Counted from the stretch's first letter, positions 1 through 9,937 are shown. The stretch is 64,000 nt of DNA from Candidatus Sericytochromatia bacterium (GCA_050248915.1 JBFWRL010000007.1:6084-70083); one strand, 5' to 3'. Made by a program: numbers and translations. Notes: generated by a model not told the origin, from the sequence alone.

Positions 1-434
1 CCACCCTCGAAGGGGGCGATGTGCTGCGGGTCGGGACGACCTTTTTTGCGGGTCTCTCCAGCCGCACCAATGCAGCGGGTATTCAGGCCTTGAAGGCCTG
101 GGCTGAGCCCTTGGGGTACCGTGTCGTGCCAGTGGCAACCGAGGCCAGCTTGCACCTGAAATCGGCCTGCACCGCGATTGACGATCAAACCCTGCTGCTC
201 AACCCCGAATGGTTGGATAGCTCGGTCTTTAAAGGACTTAAAATCATCCCAGTCGCCCCGGAAGAACCCGCTGCGGCCAATGTGCTGCGGGTGGAGCAGC
301 ACCTCTGTGTGCAAACGGGCTTTCCACGCACCGCTGAAAAACTGCAAGCGTTGGGAAAATCCGTGGTGTGGATGGATACCTCCGAGTTGAGCAAAGCCGA
401 AGGGGCTTTGACCTGTCTGAGTATTTTATTCTAA
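1..434 (+). CDS. Amidinotransferase-superfamily protein (DDAH / arginine deiminase-like), 5'-truncated at window edge
   Basis: C-terminal ...SELSKAEGALTCLSIL resembles the catalytic Cys region of dimethylarginine dimethylaminohydrolase-type enzymes. The ORF runs in frame to the window start. Confidence 0.6.
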   Translation, partial: TLEGGDVLRVGTTFFAGLSSRTNAAGIQALKAWAEPLGYRVVPVATEASLHLKSACTAIDDQTLLLNPEWLDSSVFKGLKIIPVAPEEPAAANVLRVEQHLCVQTGFPRTAEKLQALGKSVVWMDTSELSKAEGALTCLSILF

Positions 435-441
435 GACACAC

Positions 442-1191
442 TCACTGAAGGCCTTCGTACTGAGGCCAAGTTTCGCCATCTGCCAATTCAGTCCCTGGTG
501 GCAAAACCGACAGGGGTTCAATTCGGCAATTCTGGCCGATCGTCACCAGCGGAGCCAAGCTACAATCCGCCCCAATCCAGGTACCATCGCCAATTTTGAC
601 ATGGGGGCCAACTTGGCAATTGCCGCCCATATTCACATTTTTGCCAATCTGAATCGGCCCCAGATGTAATTTTTCGGTGCTCATAAAATGCCCACTGAGC
701 AATGAGCCAGAGCCAATTAAGCTATCGCTGCCAATTTCAATCAGGGGCAAATCGACAAAGTCAACATCTGCCGAAATTGAGGTCGAAAAGCCGACTTTGC
801 CCCCCAGGGCGCGAAAGGCCAGCCAGCGCAAGGTCGCCGAGTAGAGAATCAGGTTTTTGAGCGGATGCAGCCAAATCAGGCGATTGAGCGTAAAATGCAG
901 GGTCCAGACATAAAAACCAGTGCTGCCTGGCACGGCGTGATAACCGCTTTCGAGGGGGGGCAAAAACAACCTCAAGAGCCTGACCACCAGAAAAAGTCCC
1001 AGCAGATAAACCAGCCCCAAACTGGGCAGCAAAACCCCCAGCAAAACCAGAGGCAGGTGCATCCAGAGCCATTGGCCGAGCAACAAAGCCCCCCCCAGGG
1101 CCAGGCCATGACTGAGGCTAAAAAGCAGCCACAAAACGCCATCATATAAGAGAAAGGGCATCAGCATGAGATTGGTTCTAAAACCTGCCAA
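442..1191 (-). CDS. Membrane-anchored hexapeptide-repeat (left-handed beta-helix) transferase-like protein
   Basis: N-terminal ~100 aa are hydrophobic. C-terminal IGxxxxIG hexapeptide repeats (IGKNVNMGGNCQVGPHVKIGDGTWIGADCSL...). The 5' end overlaps the upstream gene's stop, so the true start is probably an internal Met (aa 9 or 11). Confidence 0.6.
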   Translation of the reverse strand: MAGFRTNLMLMPFLLYDGVLWLLFSLSHGLALGGALLLGQWLWMHLPLVLLGVLLPSLGLVYLLGLFLVVRLLRLFLPPLESGYHAVPGSTGFYVWTLHFTLNRLIWLHPLKNLILYSATLRWLAFRALGGKVGFSTSISADVDFVDLPLIEIGSDSLIGSGSLLSGHFMSTEKLHLGPIQIGKNVNMGGNCQVGPHVKIGDGTWIGADCSLAPLVTIGQNCRIEPLSVLPPGTELADGETWPQYEGLQ

Positions 1192-1958
1192 TGCTGCAAA
1201 TCAAGGGCATGTTTTTGGCTCTGACCTGTAAAAAAGCGACAATCTACACTCAAACGGGTACGTTCAGAGAGATTGGGCGCTGAGGCATGTAAAACCCAGC
1301 GATTGAGCAGCAAGACATCACCCGGCTCAAATTCGGGTCGCAATTGGGGATGGCCCAGATCTGCCACCCCCGACTGCCAGAAGAGCTTGGCCGTATTTGG
1401 GCTGGGAGGTATCAGCGGTTGCTCAGGCAAATCGCCGGTGCCCTCATGGATGACCACCCCCCCACATTGGGCATCAATGGGAACGAGCGGCACCCAAATC
1501 GTGACAAAGTCCAACATATGGCGGTTATAAGAAATGTCTTGGTGGGGAGGCACCCCAGACCAACGGTGACCGGGCAAGACAAAACGGGCTGTGGGAGGCA
1601 TATGCATTTTGACCGTTTGCCCCGGAAAAACAGCCGCCAAAAGGTCTTGTATCCCCGCACTGCGGGGAATGGTCCAAAGCACAGGGTTTAAACGGGTTTC
1701 CAGGCTAAAATGCCCCACCAACATTTGGCGAATGTCTGCTGGCAAGGCCTCAAAACGGGCCGGGTCTTGCTCACAGGCTTCAAGAAAATCGCCCAAAGCC
1801 TGTAGATCAGGCAGATTGAGAATGTTTTGTAATTGCTCTGTGCATTGCAGCAGGGCCAAATTGAGAAACTCAGACAAGCGGGCGATCTCTGCCGGGCTCA
1901 AAACCCCGCGACAGACTTGGTAACCGTGTTGCTGAAAAAAAGTCAAATCCACGCTCAT
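1161..1958 (-). CDS. Phytanoyl-CoA dioxygenase (PhyH) family Fe(II)/2-oxoglutarate oxygenase
   Basis: HxD motif (PPHQDISY), distal His (LHASAPN) and N-terminal LTxxQxxxxGY typical of the PhyH family. The start is moved to the internal ATG at 1958 to avoid a 40-nt overlap with the upstream methyltransferase; the long ORF reaches 2006. Confidence 0.7.
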   Translation of the reverse strand: MSVDLTFFQQHGYQVCRGVLSPAEIARLSEFLNLALLQCTEQLQNILNLPDLQALGDFLEACEQDPARFEALPADIRQMLVGHFSLETRLNPVLWTIPRSAGIQDLLAAVFPGQTVKMHMPPTARFVLPGHRWSGVPPHQDISYNRHMLDFVTIWVPLVPIDAQCGGVVIHEGTGDLPEQPLIPPSPNTAKLFWQSGVADLGHPQLRPEFEPGDVLLLNRWVLHASAPNLSERTRLSVDCRFFTGQSQKHALDLQHWQVLEPISC

Positions 1959-1966
1959 GGTAGCAC

Positions 1967-2743
1967 TCACGGTTTGACCAAATAGCCGGCGGGCACATTG
2001 GTCCAAGGCAGGGTTTTGACTTGCAAAGTGGGTTTGTCGGCCAAAAATTCATCCACGGCTTGGGTCTCTCCGGGCCACTCTTTGATCGCGTATTCATCAA
2101 AGAGCAAAATGCCACCGCGCGAGAGTTTGGGCCAAAAGGCCTCCAGCGCGGCCCGCGTGGGCTGATACAAATCGCAGTCAAAATGCACCAAAGAAAAACG
2201 CACGCCGGGGTTGTCGGCCACAAAGGCCGGAGCTGTGGTCTCAATATTGCCTTCGATCAGTTTGACCCGTGCTTTCCAGGGCACAAAGCGATCGGCATCA
2301 AAGAGTTCAATGGCCGATTGCAATTCGTCATAAAAGGCCTCCGGCGAAAAGCCGCCCACTTCTTTGTGGGTCTGGGCATGATTGGCCCCGTCTGCATCAT
2401 CGATCTGGGTAAACCCACGCCAATTGTCAAAACCATAGACCGTTTTGGTGCGGTCACCGACACAGTGGGCCTCCAATAAGTTGGCCCAGGTCATCAGCCC
2501 CAGGCCGCGAAAGACCCCCAATTCGGCAATATCACCGGGCACTTCCAAGGTCTGCAAAAAGAGTTGGCTGTGGGCCAAAAAACGCTTGAGCCACTGGCGG
2601 CGGGCCAAAACGGGAAAGAGCTGGATCGCCTCCAGGGGCGAAATGCCAAAACGTTCGCAGTGAGCGGCGATGCGCTCTTCGAGTTCGGCATCGGGACCGG
2701 TTTTTTTAAAGCCATCAAAGGGACGTTCAGCCATGGGGCCCAC
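1967..2743 (-). CDS. TylF/MycF-family SAM-dependent O-methyltransferase (macrocin-O-methyltransferase-like)
   Basis: Class I MTase fold with the TylF/NovP signature ...VHFDCDLYQPTRAALEAFWPKLSRGGILLFDEY... Confidence 0.8.
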   Translation of the reverse strand: MGPMAERPFDGFKKTGPDAELEERIAAHCERFGISPLEAIQLFPVLARRQWLKRFLAHSQLFLQTLEVPGDIAELGVFRGLGLMTWANLLEAHCVGDRTKTVYGFDNWRGFTQIDDADGANHAQTHKEVGGFSPEAFYDELQSAIELFDADRFVPWKARVKLIEGNIETTAPAFVADNPGVRFSLVHFDCDLYQPTRAALEAFWPKLSRGGILLFDEYAIKEWPGETQAVDEFLADKPTLQVKTLPWTNVPAGYLVKP

Positions 2744-2955
2744 CTGTGTGAAAATTCAGATGTTTCAGTATAACACCGAGGGGAAGCTGGCATTTCCCCA
2801 AAATTACCGCTTCCCGCTAAAATAGAAACAGCCCAACCCAGAGGAATCCCCCCATTCACACGCCCCCTTTTTGCCAAATACTCCCGCCGCCCCTTTCCCT
2901 GCCTGCCATTCGCGGCTATTTCAGCCTGGGCCTTGCTCCCGCTGATTACACAGCA

Positions 2956-3588
2956 GTGGCACAGGCCCTGCAGGCAGACTTGCACCTGCCCGAAAATTTG
3001 CACAGCGCGGTGCCCAAGCGGCAGGCCCTGTATTTGGCTGGGCGCTACTGTGCCCGCGAAGCACTCAAACAAGCCGGGCTGAACCCACCCCCGGAAGTGG
3101 GTACAGGCCCTGTCGGAGAGCCGATCTGGCCCCCAGGCTGGGTGGGCAGCATCAGCCACAGCTTAACCCATGTTTCAGCTGCGGTCGCCCCCCTCGCAGC
3201 CTGTCGGGGCATCGGGCTCGACAATGAAACGCCGATGTCCGAAAAAACCCTGAAGGCCGTCAAAGACAAGATCAGCACAGCAAATGAACGGATAAGACAG
3301 CCCGATTCGCTCGCTGAGATAGATTATTACACCCTCTTGTTTTCAGCCAAAGAGAGTCTTTACAAGGCCCTGTATCCCACAGTTCAGAAGTTTTTTGACT
3401 TTCAGGCAGCCGAATTGCAACAGACAGCCCCTGACCAGTTTGAAATCACGCTGTTAGAAACCCTGCACCCCGAACTGCCCTCAGACCAATATTTTCGGGT
3501 CTATTTCCGTTTCGCAGCAGCACAAATCTTCACCGCCGTGCTTTGGCAGACAGCCCCACCCCACAAACGAAATTTAATCGAAACTTGA
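2956..3588 (+). CDS. 4'-phosphopantetheinyl transferase, EntD/Sfp type
   Basis: Motifs WPxGWVGSISHS, GIGLD-E and FSAKESLYKA match the PPTase family signatures. GTG start; the real start may lie further upstream. Confidence 0.8.
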   Translation: MAQALQADLHLPENLHSAVPKRQALYLAGRYCAREALKQAGLNPPPEVGTGPVGEPIWPPGWVGSISHSLTHVSAAVAPLAACRGIGLDNETPMSEKTLKAVKDKISTANERIRQPDSLAEIDYYTLLFSAKESLYKALYPTVQKFFDFQAAELQQTAPDQFEITLLETLHPELPSDQYFRVYFRFAAAQIFTAVLWQTAPPHKRNLIET

Positions 3589-3648
3589 ACCAAGTTCCCG
3601 ACAAAAACGGCGATAAAAGAAAAAGAGACTGCTGCCGGGAGGCCAAAC

Positions 3649-4695
3649 ATGACCCATCAACTGGGGGACAGCTTAAAAAATCCCCAATTGCTCTTTTCGC
3701 GTTTTTTTAAAACAGCCCCAACCAGCGGTCCTTCTGCTCCCCCCCTAGCCGTTCCCCCCCCCATTTTGGCCATCCCCCCCAGCGCTCCCCGCAGCGATTT
3801 GATTCAAATGGGTGCCGTCTCGCAATCAACCACGGGCAAAGCCCTGAGTTTGCCCTTTCTCGAAGAGCCACAAACCCAGACCCACATTCAGGCCCAAACG
3901 CAGACCTCAAATGCTGGCCCTTTTCCCAAGATCAGCTTTCAAAAACCCGTGCAATTGCGCGAAGGCGTGCAGATGTATATGCCCCAAAATCCGGTTAAAC
4001 CCGATGGCACAGTCGATTTAATTATCCAATTTCGCGGCGACGTGCCCCAGCGCTATGGCGAAGGCGGCGTCAATGCCGTGGTCGTGAGTGCCGAAACAGC
4101 GGGGTTGTCGGCAGCCATGATGGAAAAATTTGGCCAAAGCAGCTTTGTGCCCCAAATCATGGAAACCGTTTTGGCCAAACTGCGCAAACAATACGGCCCC
4201 CAGGTTCAGCTTGGCCGCTTGGCAATGGGCAGCTTCAGCGCCGGTTACGCCCCTTTGCAGGTCGCCCTCGCCAACCCAGCGGTGGCCGCCCGCACCGATG
4301 CTGTGGTTGTGCTCGATGGCATTCACTACGGCAGTGCAGGCAAACCCAACCCAGCTGCCCACGCGCCTTTTGTCGATTTTGCCAAAGCGGCGAGCCAGGG
4401 CCAAAAACTGATGGTGATCAGCCATTCGGCGATCAAACCGACCTATGCCAGTTCAACAGACGCTGCCGACTATATTCTCAAACAGGCCGGAGCCACCCGC
4501 CAAAGCAGTACAGCCCCCTCTGCGGCCTGGCAGTACACCAATCGCTATGGAGACAAAATTGCCCCCAACACGCGGGCCGATCGGGGCGATTTTCACGTCG
4601 AAGGTTATGCGGGCAATGTGGCCCGCAGCCATGTCGAACAGATCGATCATTTGGGCAATCTCTGGAACGCCTACCTCGCACCGCGCTGGCAATAA
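3649..4695 (+). CDS. Hypothetical protein with Pro-rich N-terminus, possible alpha/beta-hydrolase-like core
   Basis: Long ORF with coding-like composition. Low-complexity PPLAVPPPILAIPPSAP stretch. The GSFSAGY segment is only weakly lipase-like. Confidence 0.4.
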   Translation: MTHQLGDSLKNPQLLFSRFFKTAPTSGPSAPPLAVPPPILAIPPSAPRSDLIQMGAVSQSTTGKALSLPFLEEPQTQTHIQAQTQTSNAGPFPKISFQKPVQLREGVQMYMPQNPVKPDGTVDLIIQFRGDVPQRYGEGGVNAVVVSAETAGLSAAMMEKFGQSSFVPQIMETVLAKLRKQYGPQVQLGRLAMGSFSAGYAPLQVALANPAVAARTDAVVVLDGIHYGSAGKPNPAAHAPFVDFAKAASQGQKLMVISHSAIKPTYASSTDAADYILKQAGATRQSSTAPSAAWQYTNRYGDKIAPNTRADRGDFHVEGYAGNVARSHVEQIDHLGNLWNAYLAPRWQ

Positions 4696-4770
4696 CAGGC
4701 TTTACACTGCCCGCCTGCAAAAAGGTATAGTTAAAGAGCTGAATTTTTTCCCGAGAATGAGAGCCCACTC

Positions 4771-5178
4771 ATGAGTTCGTATAGCAATCTGGTTGAAATG
4801 CGCTCGATGATTCCCAAAGTGATTGATAAAATCACAATGGACAATTGGTTTCGCAATTCGGAATCGCTGGAAGCCTTGCTGGATCAACTGCGACAGCGTT
4901 TTCCCTATGCCGGACAAAAAGTCGATCGCGAAAATTATTTAGAGATTGCCAATTTTGCCCAAGACATGTCGGTTGAGCTGGTCATGAGCCTGAGTTATGG
5001 CGATTTGATCCAATTGCTCTGTGAAAACCCCTGGATGTTAACCACCGAAGCAGAATTGACCCTGATCGATATCTTTGAAGAAAAACTCGGAAAATCCACA
5101 GTGGCCTCGCTGATTGCCGTAGTGCTCTGCGAACATTTTTACGCTGAGCTGATTCTCAATGTGGAATGCTTGTTGTAA
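4771..5178 (+). CDS. Hypothetical acidic protein
   Basis: 135-aa ORF with no recognisable motif. Confidence 0.35.
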   Translation: MSSYSNLVEMRSMIPKVIDKITMDNWFRNSESLEALLDQLRQRFPYAGQKVDRENYLEIANFAQDMSVELVMSLSYGDLIQLLCENPWMLTTEAELTLIDIFEEKLGKSTVASLIAVVLCEHFYAELILNVECLL

Positions 5179-7129
5179 TCGGCTCCAGAGCAGAGGCTGA
5201 AAGAGCTACCGAGAGACCTGTCTGCAATTGGTGGTGGCGATCTTCCAAACCCAAAAGCGCGGGCACACCCATCTCGCGCAAGAGGCTGATGCCGCCGTTG
5301 AGATCGCTGCTTTGCCCCAAGACCACCGACGAGGTCTGTAAAAGCTGCAATAAAACACCGGGGTCCAGGTTTTGGGCCACCAGAATACTGCTCCAGGGTT
5401 TAAACTCTGCTGGCAGGGTCTCTTCGGGCCTTTGCGGGTGCCAAATCTGGCCTTCGCGTTCGTCCAATCCCAGGGCTGCCAGGGGCTTGGTCTGAACAGG
5501 CTGTGCCAAAGCCCCTTCGGCAAGCGGTTGTAAGGCATCAAAATCCCGGCGCCGCGAGGGCAAGGCCAACCCCGCCTGTTTTTGCCAAGCTTGCCGCAAT
5601 TTTTGGGTATATTCAGCCGGGATGCTGCCCCCTTGATCCAGCCATTGCACCTCTTCAAAATTCAAGAGCCAAAAATCGTCAGCCTGCGCCAATTGGCCCG
5701 CCTGAACCGCTTTGTCGATCAGCAACGCCATCTGTTTGCGCACCTGAAAAATCGCCCAGAGGCCATCGGATCTGAAATGTTCACGTTGGTCCAATAGCGC
5801 TGCCAAGAACAGCCAGAAAGGCCGAAAAAAGAGGGTTTTCCAATTCTGTTCAGGTTCCGAACGAAAGACCTGCCAGGGCAAAAACAGGCGTTCCAGAATC
5901 AGGGCGGGCCGATCGGCAAAACGCTGGGCCGCCGGAGAAAGCTCTTGAAAACCACGGTGGCCAAATTGCGACAGGAAAACTTGCCAACTCTGTTTAAAAC
6001 TGGGGTGGTTGGGCAATTTTTCAGGCAGCATATCCGGGGTTTTGACCAAAATAGTCTGGGCCAGATCGCGCAGATTTTGCAGGGCCATCAAAAACCCCGA
6101 AAGGGGATTGAGATGGGATTTTTGCAAGATCTCCAGCACATTTTTACGGGCCAGATAATCGCAGCCCCGCGCCAATAAAAGCGAGGAGCGAAAACTGTGT
6201 TGAAAAAAAGCTGCGTAAAGATCTTCCAATTGACGGCAATAGCCCAAGAGCCCCACATGGGGCACCTGAAAGGTTTCTAAAAAATAGCTGCGTTGGCGCT
6301 CCAAGGCCTTTAATTCCTGACGGCAAATTTGCCACCAACGGGCCCAGGAAAGGTCTTTGACCTGTTGGTTTAAACGTTCGAGCAGCCCCTGATGCACATA
6401 CAAATGCCCCTGAAAAAGATCAAAGGCCCGCTCTGCCACAGGCAAGTCAGGCCAGAAATCTTTGGCCCATTGTTGGGCCACAGTTTCGGAGATACTGCTG
6501 CAGATCAGATTAAACAGGGGCTCAGGCGCCGCCGCCAGCGATTCCTCCAGGGCCAAGAGTTGCCAGTCTCCGGCTTGAAAAAGGATCTCGTCAACCGGGC
6601 AAAGCCCTGTCAGCCAGAGAGTTTCGCCATCATCGATCCATTCGATGCGCAGTTTTTCGGCAAAAACCCGTTGGCGAATCTGCGCAGACAGATGCTGTAA
6701 ACGCGCCCACAGATCTGACTCGCTGGGAAGCTCCCAAAGCGGGCGTTGGTCGAGCAGACTTTCTTGGCGCTCTGTGGGCTCAGCACCGCCCAGCAAGGAG
6801 ACAGACAGCTGATCTTGATTATAATCGGGGTCCAAGCGCAATGTGCCTTGGGCCTGAATCTGGACAGGCCAATGCTGCAATAAAATGCCTGTTTGAGCGG
6901 CTTTATCCGCTTTTTCGCCCAAGCCATACAGCGCTCGCTGCTGCCAGATGCGGTCGGCGGTTTCTGGCAAAGGCAAAGGTGAGGTCGCTGCCTGGTCTGG
7001 GCTTTGACAGACCCAACTTGGCAGCACAGCCAACTCAGCGGCCACAGCCCGAAACAAGAGCAGACACTCCATGCCGGGGCGAAAGTGTGGGTCAAAATTT
7101 AAATCTGAAAAAAGAGATTGCCAATACAT
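5156..7129 (-). CDS. Large hypothetical protein (657 aa) with a degenerate PEP-utilising 'swivel' domain-like C-terminus
   Basis: The C-terminal ...SDLNGGISLLREMGVPALLGL resembles the GGRTSHAAIIARELGIPAVVG mobile domain of PEP-utilising/rifampin-phosphotransferase enzymes, but the catalytic His is missing. The rest is alpha-helical with no match. Confidence 0.45.
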   Translation of the reverse strand: MYWQSLFSDLNFDPHFRPGMECLLLFRAVAAELAVLPSWVCQSPDQAATSPLPLPETADRIWQQRALYGLGEKADKAAQTGILLQHWPVQIQAQGTLRLDPDYNQDQLSVSLLGGAEPTERQESLLDQRPLWELPSESDLWARLQHLSAQIRQRVFAEKLRIEWIDDGETLWLTGLCPVDEILFQAGDWQLLALEESLAAAPEPLFNLICSSISETVAQQWAKDFWPDLPVAERAFDLFQGHLYVHQGLLERLNQQVKDLSWARWWQICRQELKALERQRSYFLETFQVPHVGLLGYCRQLEDLYAAFFQHSFRSSLLLARGCDYLARKNVLEILQKSHLNPLSGFLMALQNLRDLAQTILVKTPDMLPEKLPNHPSFKQSWQVFLSQFGHRGFQELSPAAQRFADRPALILERLFLPWQVFRSEPEQNWKTLFFRPFWLFLAALLDQREHFRSDGLWAIFQVRKQMALLIDKAVQAGQLAQADDFWLLNFEEVQWLDQGGSIPAEYTQKLRQAWQKQAGLALPSRRRDFDALQPLAEGALAQPVQTKPLAALGLDEREGQIWHPQRPEETLPAEFKPWSSILVAQNLDPGVLLQLLQTSSVVLGQSSDLNGGISLLREMGVPALLGLEDRHHQLQTGLSVALSASALEPITTSIPH

Positions 7130-7233
7130 AGAGGCATTTTAACCTTAATTTGAAACCAAGCGTAATAGCGGATGGCATTGCGGGGGTTCTGGAACAGCGG
7201 CTAAACTGAGAGTAGACGCGAAGGATACCTTTT

Positions 7234-8616
7234 ATGAGCACAGCGGCACGCCCGTTTTCTCCCGAAATAGCAGATTTGCAAATGCAACTCAGGGGTTTGA
7301 CCCTGACAAACACTCCGCAATGGGTGCAATTGCAAGTTCCTCTCCAGCACTTTTCAGCCGTGGCTTGGCTGACAAGTCAATCTAGCCCCTTTCGTTTTTT
7401 TTGGCGCAACCGCGATGGCAATGAAACGCGGGCCGGTTGGGGAGAGGCCTGGGAGATACAAACCCAGCACACGGACGAAACAGCGGCCTGCCTGAAGAGC
7501 TTGTCTGCAGAATTGGCTTTGGCTCCCCCTGAAATTCGCGCTTATGGCGGCCTGGCGTTTCCCTCTGAAGCCCCGCGCCATTCAGCCTGGCAGACCTTTG
7601 CTCCCTGCCGTTTCGTGATTCCGCGCTTCGAAATTGTGAATGAAGGCCAGTCCAAACTCTGTTTGAACGCCCGTTTGGCAGATTCTCACGATCTGCACGC
7701 TTTAGAACGGGCCCTGTATGAATTGCAAATCCCATTTCAAGAGCCTGAAGCCCCCCACTTGCCCCGTTTAGAATTTAAACAATGCCAACCCGATCGTCCA
7801 GGCTGGGAAGCGCAAATTACAGCGCTCTTACAGGCCTTTGAACAGAAAGAACTGCAAAAGGCCGTTTTGGCACGCGAAGTGGCTTATCTGGCTCAAACCC
7901 CTTTTTCAGGCCTGGATTTGCTCTTGACTCTCTTAAACCGCGATTGGCCTGGCTATCTCTATTATTTTCAGTGGTCACCCGAGACTTTTTTTGCGGGCCT
8001 CTCCCCTGAGCGCCTCTACCAGCGCACAGGCCGCTCCCTGTCAACCGAAGCCTTGGCTGGCACCCGCCGATCCAGTGCCGAAAAAATCCGGCAAGACCAA
8101 TGGCAACATGAATTATTGACCAACCCCAAAGAACGGCACGAACACAATTTGGTACGGGAGTTTTTAGAGACAGCCATGAAAACACTCTGTGACTCGGGAA
8201 CAGAGACGGCCCCTGTCGAACTGGTCAAAAGCGGCCCCGTTCAACACTTGCGTCAAGCCTTGAAGGGGCATTTAAGCCCCCAGACAACAGATGGCGATAT
8301 TCTGGCCTGTTTGCACCCGACCCCTGCAGTTGGGGGCGCCCCCCGCCAAGCCGCTCTGACCTGGTTGGCAAAGCACCAAAAATGGGATCGCGGCTGGTAC
8401 AGCGGACCTGTTGGCTGGATCAGTCGGGATCAAGCGGAATTTGCCGTGGCCCTGCGCTGTCTCTTGGCCGATCGGCAAATGCTGCGTTTTTTTACAGGGG
8501 TTGGCATTGTCAAAGGCTCGGAAGCCCAATCGGAATGGAACGAACTCAATGCCAAGCTGGAGACGCTTTTGCAATTATTTCACCAATCACCGGAGAGAAT
8601 GTTAGACTGGGAGTAG
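7234..8616 (+). CDS. menF: Isochorismate synthase (MenF/EntC family chorismate-binding enzyme)
   Basis: Chorismate-binding signature ...ILACLHPTPAVGGAPRQAA..., with length and overall layout of MenF/EntC. Confidence 0.8.
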   Translation: MSTAARPFSPEIADLQMQLRGLTLTNTPQWVQLQVPLQHFSAVAWLTSQSSPFRFFWRNRDGNETRAGWGEAWEIQTQHTDETAACLKSLSAELALAPPEIRAYGGLAFPSEAPRHSAWQTFAPCRFVIPRFEIVNEGQSKLCLNARLADSHDLHALERALYELQIPFQEPEAPHLPRLEFKQCQPDRPGWEAQITALLQAFEQKELQKAVLAREVAYLAQTPFSGLDLLLTLLNRDWPGYLYYFQWSPETFFAGLSPERLYQRTGRSLSTEALAGTRRSSAEKIRQDQWQHELLTNPKERHEHNLVREFLETAMKTLCDSGTETAPVELVKSGPVQHLRQALKGHLSPQTTDGDILACLHPTPAVGGAPRQAALTWLAKHQKWDRGWYSGPVGWISRDQAEFAVALRCLLADRQMLRFFTGVGIVKGSEAQSEWNELNAKLETLLQLFHQSPERMLDWE

Positions 8617-8677
8617 GGAAATCCGCATTTTTCAGGTCTGGTGTTTTGAGCATGTTTAAGAAGACTGGGTATTTAAC

Positions 8678-9937
8678 GTGAAGCCGGCTGCTTGGATTTT
8701 ATTGCTATTCGTGCTCTCTGGGGGCATCAGCGCCCTCTTGGGCAATGAACTCGGTCGAAAAATTGGCAAAAAAAAGCTGTCGCTCTTTTCACTCAGACCC
8801 AAACACACCAGCACGTTTATGACGGTTGTCTTGAGTATGGCACTGTCTGCAGGGCTCTTTTCGCTCTTTTTGCTGCTCTCCCCCCATGACCGGCAGGTTC
8901 TGCTCAATCCAGATGAATTGGTCATCTCCCAGATGGAAGTCCAAGAAGAGAAATTGGCCCAGATCAACCAAACGTTTAAACACTGGCAAAAGCGCACCAA
9001 CACGGGCCTTTCCAGCACAAAAGCAACAGCGCCTGCTGCGGAATCTCAAGAAATACCTACAGCAGAGACGCAAGAGACACCCGCTGCGACACAGTCAGCA
9101 GAAACGCCCCCCGTTCAGGTCGTGTTCAGCAACCATCCCGTGCAAAGGCGCAGGGCCGGGTCTGCCCATGATGAGCTGAGTGAAGACAATTGGGACAGTG
9201 ATTTTAAAGAAGCTGACTTCCAGGCGTTGCCCCTTTCTCCGCAAGGCTTTCAGCAAGCGGCTGAGCAACGTGCCATCCCCTTTCAAAAGCGCCCCAGTAC
9301 GGGCCGTTCGGAGCGTCCCCAAGCAGCCCAAACTCAGCCCAGCCAGCGGCAGCAGTGGGTATTGGCCCACGCCCATGAAACCCTGCTCAGGTTCGAAACA
9401 GCACCCAGTCAGTCTGCCCGCCAAGCAGAAGCCACTGTGGCCAAGATTTTGGAGCTCACTGAAGCCTATGCCCAACAAATGGGCTTGCCCCAAAGTGAAG
9501 GCAGTCGGGTTCAGGTTTTGCTGGCAGAGGTGCAGGCCCTCAAGTTGAATTTATTGTCCGGCCAGGATCTCGAAATCGAAGTTGAAACCGCTCAAAATAT
9601 CCACGCCACTCAGCCCTTAATGGTTCACCTGCGCAGCACCCCACAAGCAGCCGTCTCAACAGATTGGGACCCCAGCGAATTGCTTGAAGAAGAACGTCTA
9701 CAGCCCGAAAATGTCAAACAGACCTTGCAGCAAGAAGTCTTGCCCGCCATTCGTTCAGCTTTGGCCCTCAAAACGCCCTTTTACGCAGAGAGCACAGCAC
9801 AAACCATTCGGCCCAGCGCTGAACAGCCTTTTGTCTCAGCGGCCCGACTCGGCCTCAGCGCCCAGCAAAGTGTCAAAATCATGAACACCCTGCTCGATGC
9901 TGAGAGCTTAAAAATCCGTTTGTGGATGCTGCCTTAA
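8678..9937 (+). CDS. Hypothetical membrane-anchored Gln/Ala-rich protein
   Basis: Two N-terminal TM helices followed by a ~350-aa low-complexity Q/A/P-rich region. Confidence 0.4.
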   Translation: MKPAAWILLLFVLSGGISALLGNELGRKIGKKKLSLFSLRPKHTSTFMTVVLSMALSAGLFSLFLLLSPHDRQVLLNPDELVISQMEVQEEKLAQINQTFKHWQKRTNTGLSSTKATAPAAESQEIPTAETQETPAATQSAETPPVQVVFSNHPVQRRRAGSAHDELSEDNWDSDFKEADFQALPLSPQGFQQAAEQRAIPFQKRPSTGRSERPQAAQTQPSQRQQWVLAHAHETLLRFETAPSQSARQAEATVAKILELTEAYAQQMGLPQSEGSRVQVLLAEVQALKLNLLSGQDLEIEVETAQNIHATQPLMVHLRSTPQAAVSTDWDPSELLEEERLQPENVKQTLQQEVLPAIRSALALKTPFYAESTAQTIRPSAEQPFVSAARLGLSAQQSVKIMNTLLDAESLKIRLWMLP

